Assembly (NCBI GenBank): GCA_965242965.1
Contig: OZ251518.1
Location: 5,568,001-5,632,000 of the forward strand
Reading direction: 5' to 3'
Length of the DNA stretch: 64,000 nucleotides
From: Candidatus Poribacteria bacterium
Lineage (GTDB): Bacteria > Poribacteria > WGA-4E > WGA-3G
Part shown: positions 40,819 to 50,539 of the stretch, piece by piece
Layout of the letters: each line of letters opens with the position of its first letter
How positions within the stretch are numbered: the first letter of the stretch is position 1
Translations under genes and position numbers: made by a program
The notes under the pieces: generated by a model
Told to the model about the DNA's origin: nothing
Database searches by the model: none
What the model saw: the letters and a program-made list of their open reading frames with translations, nothing else

Positions 40819-41388
40819 ATGCCACAAATCGAAAAGAGAACCATTTCTGTTGTCGCTTTGTGCGGGAGCCTCCGGACAGGGAGTTCAACGCACGCCGCCC
40901 TCCGCATAGCCCTTGCCGGTGCCGAAGAGGCAGGTGCGGCGGTTGAACTGTTGGAGCTGGGTGCGTATCATCTCGTCTTCCAAGGTTCCGTCGCAAACGA
41001 TTCGGACTATCCGCCGGGTGTCTTCGCGCTCCGCGAGAAGGTGCAGCGCGCCGATGGCATCCTCCTCGGTTCACCGGAATACCATGGGAGTTTCAGCGGT
41101 GTGCTGAAAAGCGCGCTCGACCTGATGGGATTTGACGAATTTGAGGACAAAGTCATCGGGCTCATCGGTGTTTCCGGCGGCCGGATGGGCGCGGCGAACG
41201 CGCTGTCCATGTTGCGGATAGTCGGCACCGCCTTGCGGGCTTGGGTTGTGCCAAACGATGTCTCCATTCCGCGTTCATCCGAGGCGTTTGATGAAAACGG
41301 GAACTTACACGATGCCGAACTCGCGGGACGGCTTAAATCCGTCGGCAGGGATGTAGCACACTTCGCCGCCGTGCGTCGCGCGCTGTAA
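40819..41388 (+). CDS. NADPH-dependent FMN reductase
   Basis: GSLRTGS, SPEYHGSFSGVLKSALD. Confidence 0.92.
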   Translation: MPQIEKRTISVVALCGSLRTGSSTHAALRIALAGAEEAGAAVELLELGAYHLVFQGSVANDSDYPPGVFALREKVQRADGILLGSPEYHGSFSGVLKSALDLMGFDEFEDKVIGLIGVSGGRMGAANALSMLRIVGTALRAWVVPNDVSIPRSSEAFDENGNLHDAELAGRLKSVGRDVAHFAAVRRAL

Positions 41389-41443
41389 TAGCAGAGTCGG
41401 GGCGGATATCGTTCCTAGCCGACTTCTACAAAAACCTGAAAAC

Positions 41444-42115
41444 ATGCACACAATACACAACTGGGAGACATGGCTCGGGACAGACGAGGCAGGGAAAGGT
41501 GATTACTTCGGACCGCTTGTTGTCGCAGGCGTTTACGTGAACGCGGCATGTCGCGAGGCTTTCGAGGCATTAGGGATTACAGATGGGAAGACGCTCTCAA
41601 TCAAGCGTGTCCGGGAACTCGCCGAAGCAATGTGGTGCGACTACGGCGATTCCATCGCTGTTGTGGAAAAGATGCCTGCCGCCTATAACGCGCTCTATGA
41701 CGATTTTCGCCGACGTAGGAAAAACTTGAACCATCTGCTCGGCGCGCTCCATGCGGAGGTTATTGAAACGTTGCACGTTCGCTCGGGCGCGCGGCATGTC
41801 TGTGTCGATAGATTTGCCACCGCGGATGTCATCACGCCGCAGATAGGCACCGCTATTCGGCGCGATTTGCGGATAATACAGGTGCCGAAAGCAGAACGGG
41901 ACATCGCTGTCGCCGCCGCCTCTGTCATCGCTCGCGACGCATTTCTGAGCGGCATGGCGGCGTTATCGGAAAAATACGAGTTTCAATTGCCGCGCGGTTC
42001 CTATCGGGTTACCGAAGCCGGTAAGGAATTTGTCGCGTTGCACGGGGCAGACGCATTGGGAGAGGTTGCGAAGTTGCATTTCAGTCTAACGGATGCTGTC
42101 CTCGCGCGGAAATGA
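41444..42115 (+). CDS. rnhC: Ribonuclease HIII, catalytic domain only
   Basis: GTDEAGKGDYFGPLVV, DRF, KAE..VAAASVIAR, VAKLHF. Confidence 0.8.
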   Translation: MHTIHNWETWLGTDEAGKGDYFGPLVVAGVYVNAACREAFEALGITDGKTLSIKRVRELAEAMWCDYGDSIAVVEKMPAAYNALYDDFRRRRKNLNHLLGALHAEVIETLHVRSGARHVCVDRFATADVITPQIGTAIRRDLRIIQVPKAERDIAVAAASVIARDAFLSGMAALSEKYEFQLPRGSYRVTEAGKEFVALHGADALGEVAKLHFSLTDAVLARK

Positions 42116-42182
42116 TTTCGTCCCGTTTGAAACAAATGGACAAATCGTTCCAGATATATTATATTTTATATTGAGAATTGCC

Positions 42183-42892
42183 TGTAGGAGAGACCTCCTG
42201 GTCTCGATGTTGCCTGATCCGGGCGGGTGCAGGCGCACCCGAACTACAGGGCTAGAGCGCGCCCCGCCTGTAGTTCAGGAGCACCTACTCCTGAACTGTT
42301 TGTGAGCGGCGATAAACTGAGGGTGTTTCATATTTCGATGTGTTCGGTAGGAGAGACCTCCCGGTCTCGATTTGCCCGTAGCGCGGGGGACAGGCCCCCG
42401 CGATCGCCATCGTCAAGAGGGGCGTTTTTAGGTCCTTTAGGACCTACATGTCTATAGAAAAACGTGTTGGCGCGTTGTCAAGGTCCTTTAGGTCCTTAAT
42501 AAAAACACGCGCCGCATGGAAAAACACATTAAGGACCTAAAGGACCTTAGGATTCTTCGCGTGCGCGCGGGCTATAGACATTAAGGTCCTACGGACCTAA
42601 GAACCGTTTTTTTTTCGTAGTGCGGGGCCCTCGGATGCCACACGCGCATCCGAGCGGGGTTCCCTCGCCATCGCTCGCGCGTCAGGCTCTGTAGGTCAGG
42701 ATCGCCTGATCCTGACCCGTTTGTGATCAGGCGATCACAAACTACAGTTGGGGAAACACACATCGGGCCGATAGAGATCGCGGGGGACAGGCCCCCGCCC
42801 TACGGGCACATCGAGACCAGAGGTCTCTCCTACCGGGAACATCGCTTGCATCGGACCGGGAGGGCGCACCATAGGATTTATGAAACACCCTC
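42183..42892. repeat. REP cluster including TIR-bounded element 42319-42892
   Basis: GAGGGTGTTTCATA..TATGAAACACCCTC enclose C, A, E and D units. Confidence 0.85.
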
Positions 42893-42935
42893 ACTTTATA
42901 TTCAGCGGTGTGCAGGAATACAAGGAGATACACCG

Positions 42936-43310
42936 ATGAGAAAAATGGGAGAGTGGCGCGAATCCTTAATCAATGAACTCGCCGAGAATAAGGAGGAAGC
43001 GATTGACTATCTTCAAGTGGTTCTTGAAGAGTCTTATCGCTATGATTGGGATATTGCCGTCTTTTTATACGCGCTAAAAGTCGTTGTAGAGGCACACGGC
43101 GGAATTGCCAAACTGGCGAAGCAAACGCAACTCGCACCGCAAGTCCTCTCAAAAATGCTTTCCGGCGAAGAGGCATTTCCGGTTGATGTTCTCGGTGCTA
43201 TCCTCAAAGCACTCGGATGCCAACTGACAATCGCACCTTTAGTGGCGGCGAACTCTTGTGTGGGACGCACCGGCGAAACCGAGGCAGCGCGCATGGAGAA
43301 TGTCGCATAA
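42936..43310 (+). CDS. Addiction-module antidote-like HTH protein with no adjacent toxin
   Basis: EEAIDYL..ALKVVVEAHGGIAKLA..LSKMLS..ILKALG; AAGGAG RBS. Confidence 0.75.
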   Translation: MRKMGEWRESLINELAENKEEAIDYLQVVLEESYRYDWDIAVFLYALKVVVEAHGGIAKLAKQTQLAPQVLSKMLSGEEAFPVDVLGAILKALGCQLTIAPLVAANSCVGRTGETEAARMENVA

Positions 43311-43364
43311 GTAGGACTTGCGCAAATCCTCGCATCTCCTCTGGGGCGCGAACAGAGAAAAAAT

Positions 43365-44534
43365 ATGGAAGAACTCTTTATCATTCACTACGCCGAAGTC
43401 GGGTTGAAAGGGAAAAATCGGGCGTTTTTTGAAAAACGGCTGGTGCAGAACATCAAGCAATCGCTGCACGGCACTGGATACGCCGCCGTCAAACGGCTCC
43501 ATGACAGGATTCAGGTGCAACTGGATCCGGACACCGACATCCCCGAAATTAAGAAACGCCTCAGCCGCGTGATGGGCATCGCGCACTTTGAACTCGTCTG
43601 CCGCACCGAAAAGGACATGGCGGCGATTAAAGCGACGGCTCTCCGGCAAACCGAAGACAAGACGTTTCGGACGCTGAAAATTGAGACAAAACGTTCGGAT
43701 AAAACCTTTCCGCTGACTTCTCCGGAAATCAGCGCGGAGGTAGGCGCGTATCTCATCCAACATACTGGCGCGAGCGCCGATATGCATAACCCGGAACTGC
43801 TCTGTCGCATTGAGGTATCCCAAAACGGTGCCTATCTCTACACCGATAAACTGCCGGGCAGCGGCGGGTTGCCTGTCGGTGTGAGTGGCAAGGTGTTGGT
43901 GATGCTTTCGGGTGGTATTGATTCGCCTGTCGCCGCGTGGCGGATGATAAAACGCGGTGCGAAAGCGGTTTTCATTCACTTTTATAGTTATCCCTACACC
44001 GACAAAGCCTCGCTGGAAAAGGTGATGGAGTTGAGCCACATCTTGGCAGAATCGAACTATCGGAGTGCAGTCTATCTCGTTCCCTTCGCCGATGTGCAAC
44101 AAGCCATTGTGGCCGAAACGCCCGCGCCGTTTCGGGTGCTCCTGTATCGGCGGCTGATGACGCGGATTGCGGAACGTGTTGCGGCACTCGTCGATGCGGA
44201 GGCGATTGTCACCGGTGAAAGCCTCGCACAGGTAGCATCGCAGACGTTAACGAATCTGCGCGCAATCGAAGCGATTGCCGATATCCCCATCCTTCGTCCG
44301 CTCATCGGTGATGACAAAGCGGAGATTATCGCGCAGGCGGAGCAAATCGGCACGTTTGCGGTATCCACGTTACCGCATCAGGACTGCTGTTCGCTTTTCG
44401 TTCCGAAGCATCCAGCGACGCGCGCCACCGTCACCGATTTAGAACGTGCTGAGGCAGGTTTGGACATCGCAGCGTTGGTAGAACGCGCGATGGATGGGAT
44501 TGAAAGGCGGGTTGTGAGTTTTTCATACGGATAG
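43365..44534 (+). CDS. thiI: tRNA 4-thiouridine synthase
   Basis: HYAEVGLKGKNR, THUMP domain, SGGIDSPVA, GESLAQVASQT, DCC. Confidence 0.95.
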   Translation: MEELFIIHYAEVGLKGKNRAFFEKRLVQNIKQSLHGTGYAAVKRLHDRIQVQLDPDTDIPEIKKRLSRVMGIAHFELVCRTEKDMAAIKATALRQTEDKTFRTLKIETKRSDKTFPLTSPEISAEVGAYLIQHTGASADMHNPELLCRIEVSQNGAYLYTDKLPGSGGLPVGVSGKVLVMLSGGIDSPVAAWRMIKRGAKAVFIHFYSYPYTDKASLEKVMELSHILAESNYRSAVYLVPFADVQQAIVAETPAPFRVLLYRRLMTRIAERVAALVDAEAIVTGESLAQVASQTLTNLRAIEAIADIPILRPLIGDDKAEIIAQAEQIGTFAVSTLPHQDCCSLFVPKHPATRATVTDLERAEAGLDIAALVERAMDGIERRVVSFSYG

Positions 44535-44684
44535 ACTGAAAACGAAAAACTCAATCCCTCTGAACTTCTTCCTTGTTTTTTTGCCAGAGATATGGTAGAC
44601 TTAAATTAACTGGCGGCAGACAGGGTGGTTACATGAGTTTTCTGGCTCGTCTGTGTGATATTGCAACGCTCTTCGGAGGAAGAT

Positions 44685-46707
44685 ATGAAGGTAAACATCT
44701 CACAACTGAAATCCGATGACTTAGGCACAGTGGATATGCTAATGAAGCGTTCCAGTCAGACACTTGGTTTTCTGCCCATGCAAGCTTTGGAAAGTTATCT
44801 TGAAAAAGGAACTGTGCTGGGAGCGAAGACTGACGCGGGTGAACTCGTTGGTTACCTGCTTTACGCGGCCTATCCGAATTACTTCCGGATTACGCATCTC
44901 TGCGTGTCGGAAGAATACCAAGGACAAGGTATCGCGAAGCGTCTTGTCAAGACGTTAAAGATGTCTGCCGACACCCAGAAAGTAATCAAACTTCATTGTC
45001 GGCGCGATTTTCCGGCGAATGATTTGTGGCCCAAACTAGGATTCGTGGCCCTGGGTGAAAAATCCGGCAGATCCAAGGCAGGACACCGCCTCACAATCTG
45101 GCACTTTAGGCTAGCTCCCGAAGACCAGATGGAACTTTTTCAGGCAGCAACGTCCGATGACACTCTTGACATCATCATTGATGCCCAAATCTTCTTCGAT
45201 TTTGATGAGCCAGATAGCGATAAAGCTCAGCCATCTAAGGCACTGCTGTCAGACTTCTTAGTCGATTCGCTTAACCTCTGGATTACGGACGAACTGCTGA
45301 ACGAAATCAACCGGCAGGAAAATCGCGAGAAACGTGAAAATTCCCGGCGTAGGACTCATCGTTTTCCGAAAGTAGCGTGCCAGCCACACCTCGTTGAAGA
45401 ATTCGAGAGACGTTTAAGGGGACTCCTGCCTGAACGTAAGGCAAGCCAAGGGTCTGATATTAGACAATTAGCGAGGGCTGCCGCTTCGCCCATCAAAACC
45501 TTTGTCACCAAAGACCACGCTCTTTTGGAAAAGGTAGAGAAAATCGGGGAGCTGACGGGGCTTGAGGTAATCAACCCCGTGGACTTAATCGTCCGACTTC
45601 ATGAGTTGTCCGAAAAGCAAACCTACGCGCCAGATTATATTGCAGGGCTTAATCTTCGTTGGGCTCGCTTGGCTTCAAATGAGCTAACCTCTTTGCACCT
45701 TGAGGCTTTTCTCAAACCTCAGGAGACGAAAGGTAAATTTAGAGAGAAATTGGAATCCTTGGTCGCCCAAGTCGATCATTATGAATGCGAACTTCTCCGG
45801 TCTGGGGATAAGGTTATCGCCATCCGAGTTCTCACAGTCGGTTCTAATAAGGTGCTTACCGCTCCGTTGGCGAGAGTTGCCCATTCTGCAGATCAAGTGC
45901 TATTCGGCCGCTTTTTAATCGCGGACGCTATTTCCAAGGCGGTGGAAGAGAATCTGGACCTGGTCAGATTTGAAACAGCCGAGCTCACTCCCAACTTAAT
46001 GCCATGCTTGTTAGAGATGGGATTTATCGCGGGTAACGGCAGTTTTGTGAGGTTTTGCTTCTCGCGTTGTTTGCGTCGCGAAGAAGTCTTGGCTGCGATT
46101 TCTGAATCATGTCCTGAATCTGTGAGCAGGTATCAGGAGATGTCACCCCGTGAACTTGAAAGGTGTTGTTCTCCTCTTGTTAAGGTGTTGTTCTCCTCTT
46201 GTTCTAGAACCGACAGAACAGGAATGCTTTTTGATTCCCATTCTCCCATTCTACGCGACTGGACTCATTGACAGGCATCAGTCAGGAGCAGAACTCTTTA
46301 GGGAGAATCCCAATGTTCTATTGCGTTGGGATAATGTGTACTACCGAGCCGCAAATCGGCACAAGATGCTCAAACCGCCGGCACGCATTTTGTGGTATGT
46401 CAGCAGTCCAAGGCAACAAATCATCGCCGTGTCCTGTCTTGACGATGTCTTAATTGATACCACTAAGGAACTTTTCAGACAATTCCGAAAATTTGGGATT
46501 CTGGAATGGAGGGACCTTTTTAAGATGTGCAATCGCGACCCGTTCAAACAACTGATGGCGTTGAAATTTTCGCACACTTTCCTCTTTCGGAAACCCGTTT
46601 CATTGGCGACGATGAGAGAGATAGGCATCTCGCATCCACAAGCCCCTTTGAAAATATCGCCTGAAATCTTCCAAGAATTTTTTCAGAGAGGATATCCGAA
46701 CCAATGA
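44685..46707 (+). pseudogene. GNAT-PIN-(EVE/ASCH-like) multidomain gene split by a frameshift
   Basis: GNAT (LCVSEEYQGQGIA), PIN (IIDAQIF..E..DIRQLA..FVTKD). ORFs 44685-46271 and 46150-46707 join into 666 aa if one 22-bp repeat copy is removed. Confidence 0.8.
46160..46203 (+). repeat. Perfect 22-bp tandem duplication
   Basis: AAGGTGTTGTTCTCCTCTTGTT occurs twice in tandem. Confidence 0.97.
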
Positions 46708-47225
46708 CGAACACTACAATGCCCCCATTGCTTCTTTCTTTGAAGCCTTGCTACGCGGAACTAGTCTTTGAAGGGCTCAAAACGGCTGAACTTCGGCGGC
46801 GTATCGCTTTGGATATGGAGAATCGCGACGTGTTCATTTACGTTTCCAGTCCTGTTATGGCACTGCGCGGCGGGTTCCGTGTGGGACAGGTGTGGCGTGA
46901 TACACCCGATAAAGTGTGGGACATAGTCTCCGAACTCGCGCGGGTTGAAAAGCAGGATTTCGACACCTATTTTGCGGGAAAAACTGTCGCTTGCGCCTTT
47001 GAAATCAGAAAGGTTTGGGAATACGAAAACCCTGTCAGCCTCAACATGTTGAGAGAACAGTTTCCCAACTTCGTTGTCCCGCAGTCATGGCGGTATGTTC
47101 GCGATGATGAACACCTATTTTTCAGGTTTTTCCGGACAACGCGCATGAAACCTACGAAAGAATCCTATCGTGAGAAACGTCAAGTAGGCGGCAAACCGTT
47201 GCGTGCTCAACACCTCTATCTTTGA
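46704..47225 (+). CDS. ASCH domain protein
   Basis: LLSLKPCYAELVFEGLKTAELRR, YVSSP, PQSWRY; ATGA overlap with the upstream gene. Confidence 0.85.
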   Translation: MTNTTMPPLLLSLKPCYAELVFEGLKTAELRRRIALDMENRDVFIYVSSPVMALRGGFRVGQVWRDTPDKVWDIVSELARVEKQDFDTYFAGKTVACAFEIRKVWEYENPVSLNMLREQFPNFVVPQSWRYVRDDEHLFFRFFRTTRMKPTKESYREKRQVGGKPLRAQHLYL

Positions 47226-47260
47226 GGCTTCAACTTAACCCCAGTGCCCAATAGAGAACC

Positions 47261-48358
47261 ATGCAAAACATATTGCTTATTCGGCTCAGTTCACTCGGCG
47301 ATGTTATGTTGACAACACCAGCCATCCGCGCGGTGCGCACACACTTCCCACACGCGCACATCGCTATGCTCGTCGCCAAGCAATCCGCCGATGTCCTGCG
47401 CGAAAATCCTCATCTCAATGAGCTCATCCCATTCAATAGACTCGCCGCTGACAAAGATACTGGCGAGATGTGGCGGGTTCTCCGCACGCTACGCAAACGG
47501 AAATTCTCGCTGACGATTGACTTCCAAGGGAAATGCCGGACAGAAGTATTGGCGTATCTCAGCGGTGCCGCCGAACGCGTCGGAAAAGGGAGGTTATGCA
47601 CCGTGCGCGCGCCTGACGCAGCGGCGGTGACGCATGCAACCGAACGAAACCTTGCCTTGCTACACGCCATCGGCATTCCAGCCGAAGACAGGACGTTAGA
47701 GATGTTTCTCACCGAATCTGAACGCGAAGAAGCTTGCCAGCGGTTTGAAGCAGCCGGCATCGCGAGGAGGCGCAACACCGCAGTCCCGATAGTTGGCATG
47801 TTTCCCGGCGCAGGATGGAAACTGCGCGAATGGATGCCGGAACGGTTCGCTGCCATCGGCGATAAACTAGTGCGGCACTTTAACGCACACGTGCTGATTT
47901 TCGGCGGGCCTCGGGAGGTTGGATTGGTGGACACCGTCGCGAATCTGATGCACGCTCCCGCAACTCGGTTTGCTGGCAAGTTACAGATTCGGCAGCTCGC
48001 GGCGTGTATTGAAAAGTGCTCCCTCTTCCTCACCAACGACACCGGCCCGATGCATATCGCCTCGGCAGTGGGAACGCCTACCGTTGCGCTGTTCGGGCCC
48101 GGCAATCACTACCGATTTCAACCCCTCGGCGTTTTGCACCAGACTATCCGTCACGATGTGCCGTGTAGTCCGTGTAAGCAGTTTACGGATAAATGCAAAG
48201 ACAACGTCTGCATGAAGCAGATTCGTGTCAATGAGGTATGGGAGGCAGTAAGGGCACGATTACAAAGCGCGTCTATCCACACGCCGCCTCAAAAACGCGG
48301 AGGTGATTCCCACCTAGCACCTTCTGGATATCCTCATCGGAATAGCCGCGCGCGCTGA
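47261..48358 (+). CDS. Glycosyltransferase family 9 (heptosyltransferase-like)
   Basis: RLSSLGDV, PGA..W, NDTGPMHIA..LFGP. Confidence 0.9.
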   Translation: MQNILLIRLSSLGDVMLTTPAIRAVRTHFPHAHIAMLVAKQSADVLRENPHLNELIPFNRLAADKDTGEMWRVLRTLRKRKFSLTIDFQGKCRTEVLAYLSGAAERVGKGRLCTVRAPDAAAVTHATERNLALLHAIGIPAEDRTLEMFLTESEREEACQRFEAAGIARRRNTAVPIVGMFPGAGWKLREWMPERFAAIGDKLVRHFNAHVLIFGGPREVGLVDTVANLMHAPATRFAGKLQIRQLAACIEKCSLFLTNDTGPMHIASAVGTPTVALFGPGNHYRFQPLGVLHQTIRHDVPCSPCKQFTDKCKDNVCMKQIRVNEVWEAVRARLQSASIHTPPQKRGGDSHLAPSGYPHRNSRAR

Positions 48359-49328
48359 GCTCTTCCGTGATTTGCGGGAATGCTCTCGCGTCTGGGAGCA
48401 AGTCACCACCGCCATCAAAATCAGAACCGATGCCGACGTGGTCAATGCCGGCGATATCGATTGCGTACGTAAAGTGATTGATGAGTTGCGCGAACGGCGG
48501 TGTTTTCGTCCAGCCATCCACCGTGATAAACCCCGGCACGAACGTTATGCCGACTACGCCGCCGTTCGCCGCCAACGCCTTGAGTTGTTCGTTCGTCAGG
48601 TTGCGGGGATGTCTGCACAGCGTTTCGCAGTTGCTATGCGATGCGATGACAGGGCGTTCTGAGATATCCAGCACGTCCCAAAACCCGCGTTCGCTGATGT
48701 GCGACACGTCTATCAGCATGCCGAGTCGGTTCATCTCCTGCACCAAGTCTATCCCGAACCGGGTTAACCCGCCGCCCATATCGCTCTCGTCGTTGCCTGT
48801 CGATGCCCACGTATTCGGGTTGTGCGTCAAGCCGATAGAGCGCACCCCGAGCAGGTGGAGCGCGTGCAAGATATTCAGGCTTCGTTCCACCGCCTCGCTA
48901 TTTTCAATGGCAAGCACGGCGGCGAGTTTCCCCTGCGTCTTCGCCTCGCGAATGTCGTCCGCTTTCCGGGCGATGCAGACTTCCTCAGTATTCGCTTGCA
49001 CTTCGGCGTTGAACCAGCCGAAAGCATCTAACGCATAGGCGAGATGGTTTTTCCACGCCCGTGTCACGTCTACTGCAAAGAAGGCGGCATCAATACCACC
49101 TTGCCGCATTTTCGGGAGGTTGAGTTGGATGCCTATTGCTTCCTCCTCAGGTGGCACGGGCCCGCGCAGATAGGCGATGGTGCCGTTGTGCTGCGCTGGA
49201 TTCTTGGCGTTCTCATCGGCGAGGCTGACGTTGCCGCGGCGGATGTGCGCAACGATGGCATCGTTGTGCGAATCAATAACGAGGGATTGCTGGTGTAAAT
49301 CAAGAACTTGTGGTTCTGATGGCATCAT
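48273..49328 (-). CDS. Membrane dipeptidase (peptidase M19)
   Basis: DSHND, DVSH, ASHSN, RN, GIGSDFDG. Confidence 0.92.
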   Translation of the reverse strand: MMPSEPQVLDLHQQSLVIDSHNDAIVAHIRRGNVSLADENAKNPAQHNGTIAYLRGPVPPEEEAIGIQLNLPKMRQGGIDAAFFAVDVTRAWKNHLAYALDAFGWFNAEVQANTEEVCIARKADDIREAKTQGKLAAVLAIENSEAVERSLNILHALHLLGVRSIGLTHNPNTWASTGNDESDMGGGLTRFGIDLVQEMNRLGMLIDVSHISERGFWDVLDISERPVIASHSNCETLCRHPRNLTNEQLKALAANGGVVGITFVPGFITVDGWTKTPPFAQLINHFTYAIDIAGIDHVGIGSDFDGGGDLLPDARAFPQITEELSARGYSDEDIQKVLGGNHLRVFEAACG

Positions 49329-49479
49329 ATTCTTTACTCCTTTTTGGAACGCTACCCGGCGGAGAGCCTTCCCTGTCTCAATGTCGTATCGGGACAGAGA
49401 TGCCCCTTCTACCCCCGGTAGGCGAGCCCTCCTGGTCTTGATGATACGCCCAGGTCGCGACAGAGATGTCCCTTCTAAC

Positions 49480-50478
49480 TCACCTTAAGACGTTTTGTAT
49501 CGTTCGTTCGGCGATTTCTGGTGTGATTCGCAACGTCGAAGCAACAGTATAGGGCAGCTGATGCTCTGCGACATACGCCGATAAATTGACGAGTGTCTCC
49601 GCAATCGCATCGGATGAAACGGCATCCGGACGGTAGTTAATCTGCAAACACTCCAAGGCGTGCTGATACTGAAGCCACGGTTGCGATTGCAGGGATGCCA
49701 TGAGTAAGATACCCAATCCGACGCATTCGCCGTGTAAAACGGGGGCTGTCACTCGGTTCTCAAGCGCGTAGGTAAAATAGTGCTCACTCCCTTCTTCAAG
49801 CCGGCTATGCCCACACAGATTGCAGAGTTGTACCTCCATACAGAGCAAGTCCAAGAGTAGCGTTAACCCCTCAGGTGTGCCTCTGCCAATCTCTCGTGCG
49901 TTGGCTAAAAGTGTCTGGAGGAGCGCGTCGCCGATGTCAACGGCTTGCGGCGTAACGCGTTCGTTGGCAGGATTTGCGCCTAACTTTTCTGCCTCTTGCC
50001 AATCCCACATCGCCGTTGCGATGGAGAGGACATCCGCCGCGCCGCTGGCGCGCATCGCCGCTGGCGCGTTGCATAAAACTGCCATGTCAATAATAACAGT
50101 GTCTGGCGATTTTGTCGGCAGATATTGGACGCACCCCGCCTCTCGCACGCCTGTCGCATCGGTGAGAAAGGCATCGGTTGAGAGAATCGTGGGGAGCGCG
50201 ATGAGGGGCAAATCGTTCGCGGCGGCGACGTATTTCGCCGTGTCTATCGCGAGCCCGCCGCCGATGCCGTAAACCACTTCGCCCTCGCATGTTTCGGCAA
50301 TAGCGTCCATGTCGGCTCGCGTATTCCCGCCGATAGAGACGCGCTGGCGCGGGTTTATGGCGATGGCACTCGCACACTTCCACGCCGGCTCCGTTGTCAG
50401 GACGACAGCCTCACGCGTGTCTTCCACCGTGGCGAAGGGACGTTTCTCAATGTTCGGTAATCGTGAGATTTTCATCAT
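49480..50478 (-). CDS. Glycerol-1-phosphate dehydrogenase-like (EgsA/AraM family)
   Basis: GIGGGLAIDTAK, PTILSTDA, SR..EGSEH, LHGE. Confidence 0.7.
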   Translation of the reverse strand: MMKISRLPNIEKRPFATVEDTREAVVLTTEPAWKCASAIAINPRQRVSIGGNTRADMDAIAETCEGEVVYGIGGGLAIDTAKYVAAANDLPLIALPTILSTDAFLTDATGVREAGCVQYLPTKSPDTVIIDMAVLCNAPAAMRASGAADVLSIATAMWDWQEAEKLGANPANERVTPQAVDIGDALLQTLLANAREIGRGTPEGLTLLLDLLCMEVQLCNLCGHSRLEEGSEHYFTYALENRVTAPVLHGECVGLGILLMASLQSQPWLQYQHALECLQINYRPDAVSSDAIAETLVNLSAYVAEHQLPYTVASTLRITPEIAERTIQNVLR

Positions 50479-50539
50479 TGGAACAAATAAATCAGTGTCA
50501 AAACGGATGACGTTCAGAACCGCCTACTGCAAGAAATCT

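Noticed and set aside
48273-48358. 86-bp convergent overlap of the GT9 and dipeptidase 3' ends
   Set aside because: The GT9 tail has no recognisable family motif and most likely reflects stop-codon drift; there is no evidence of function.
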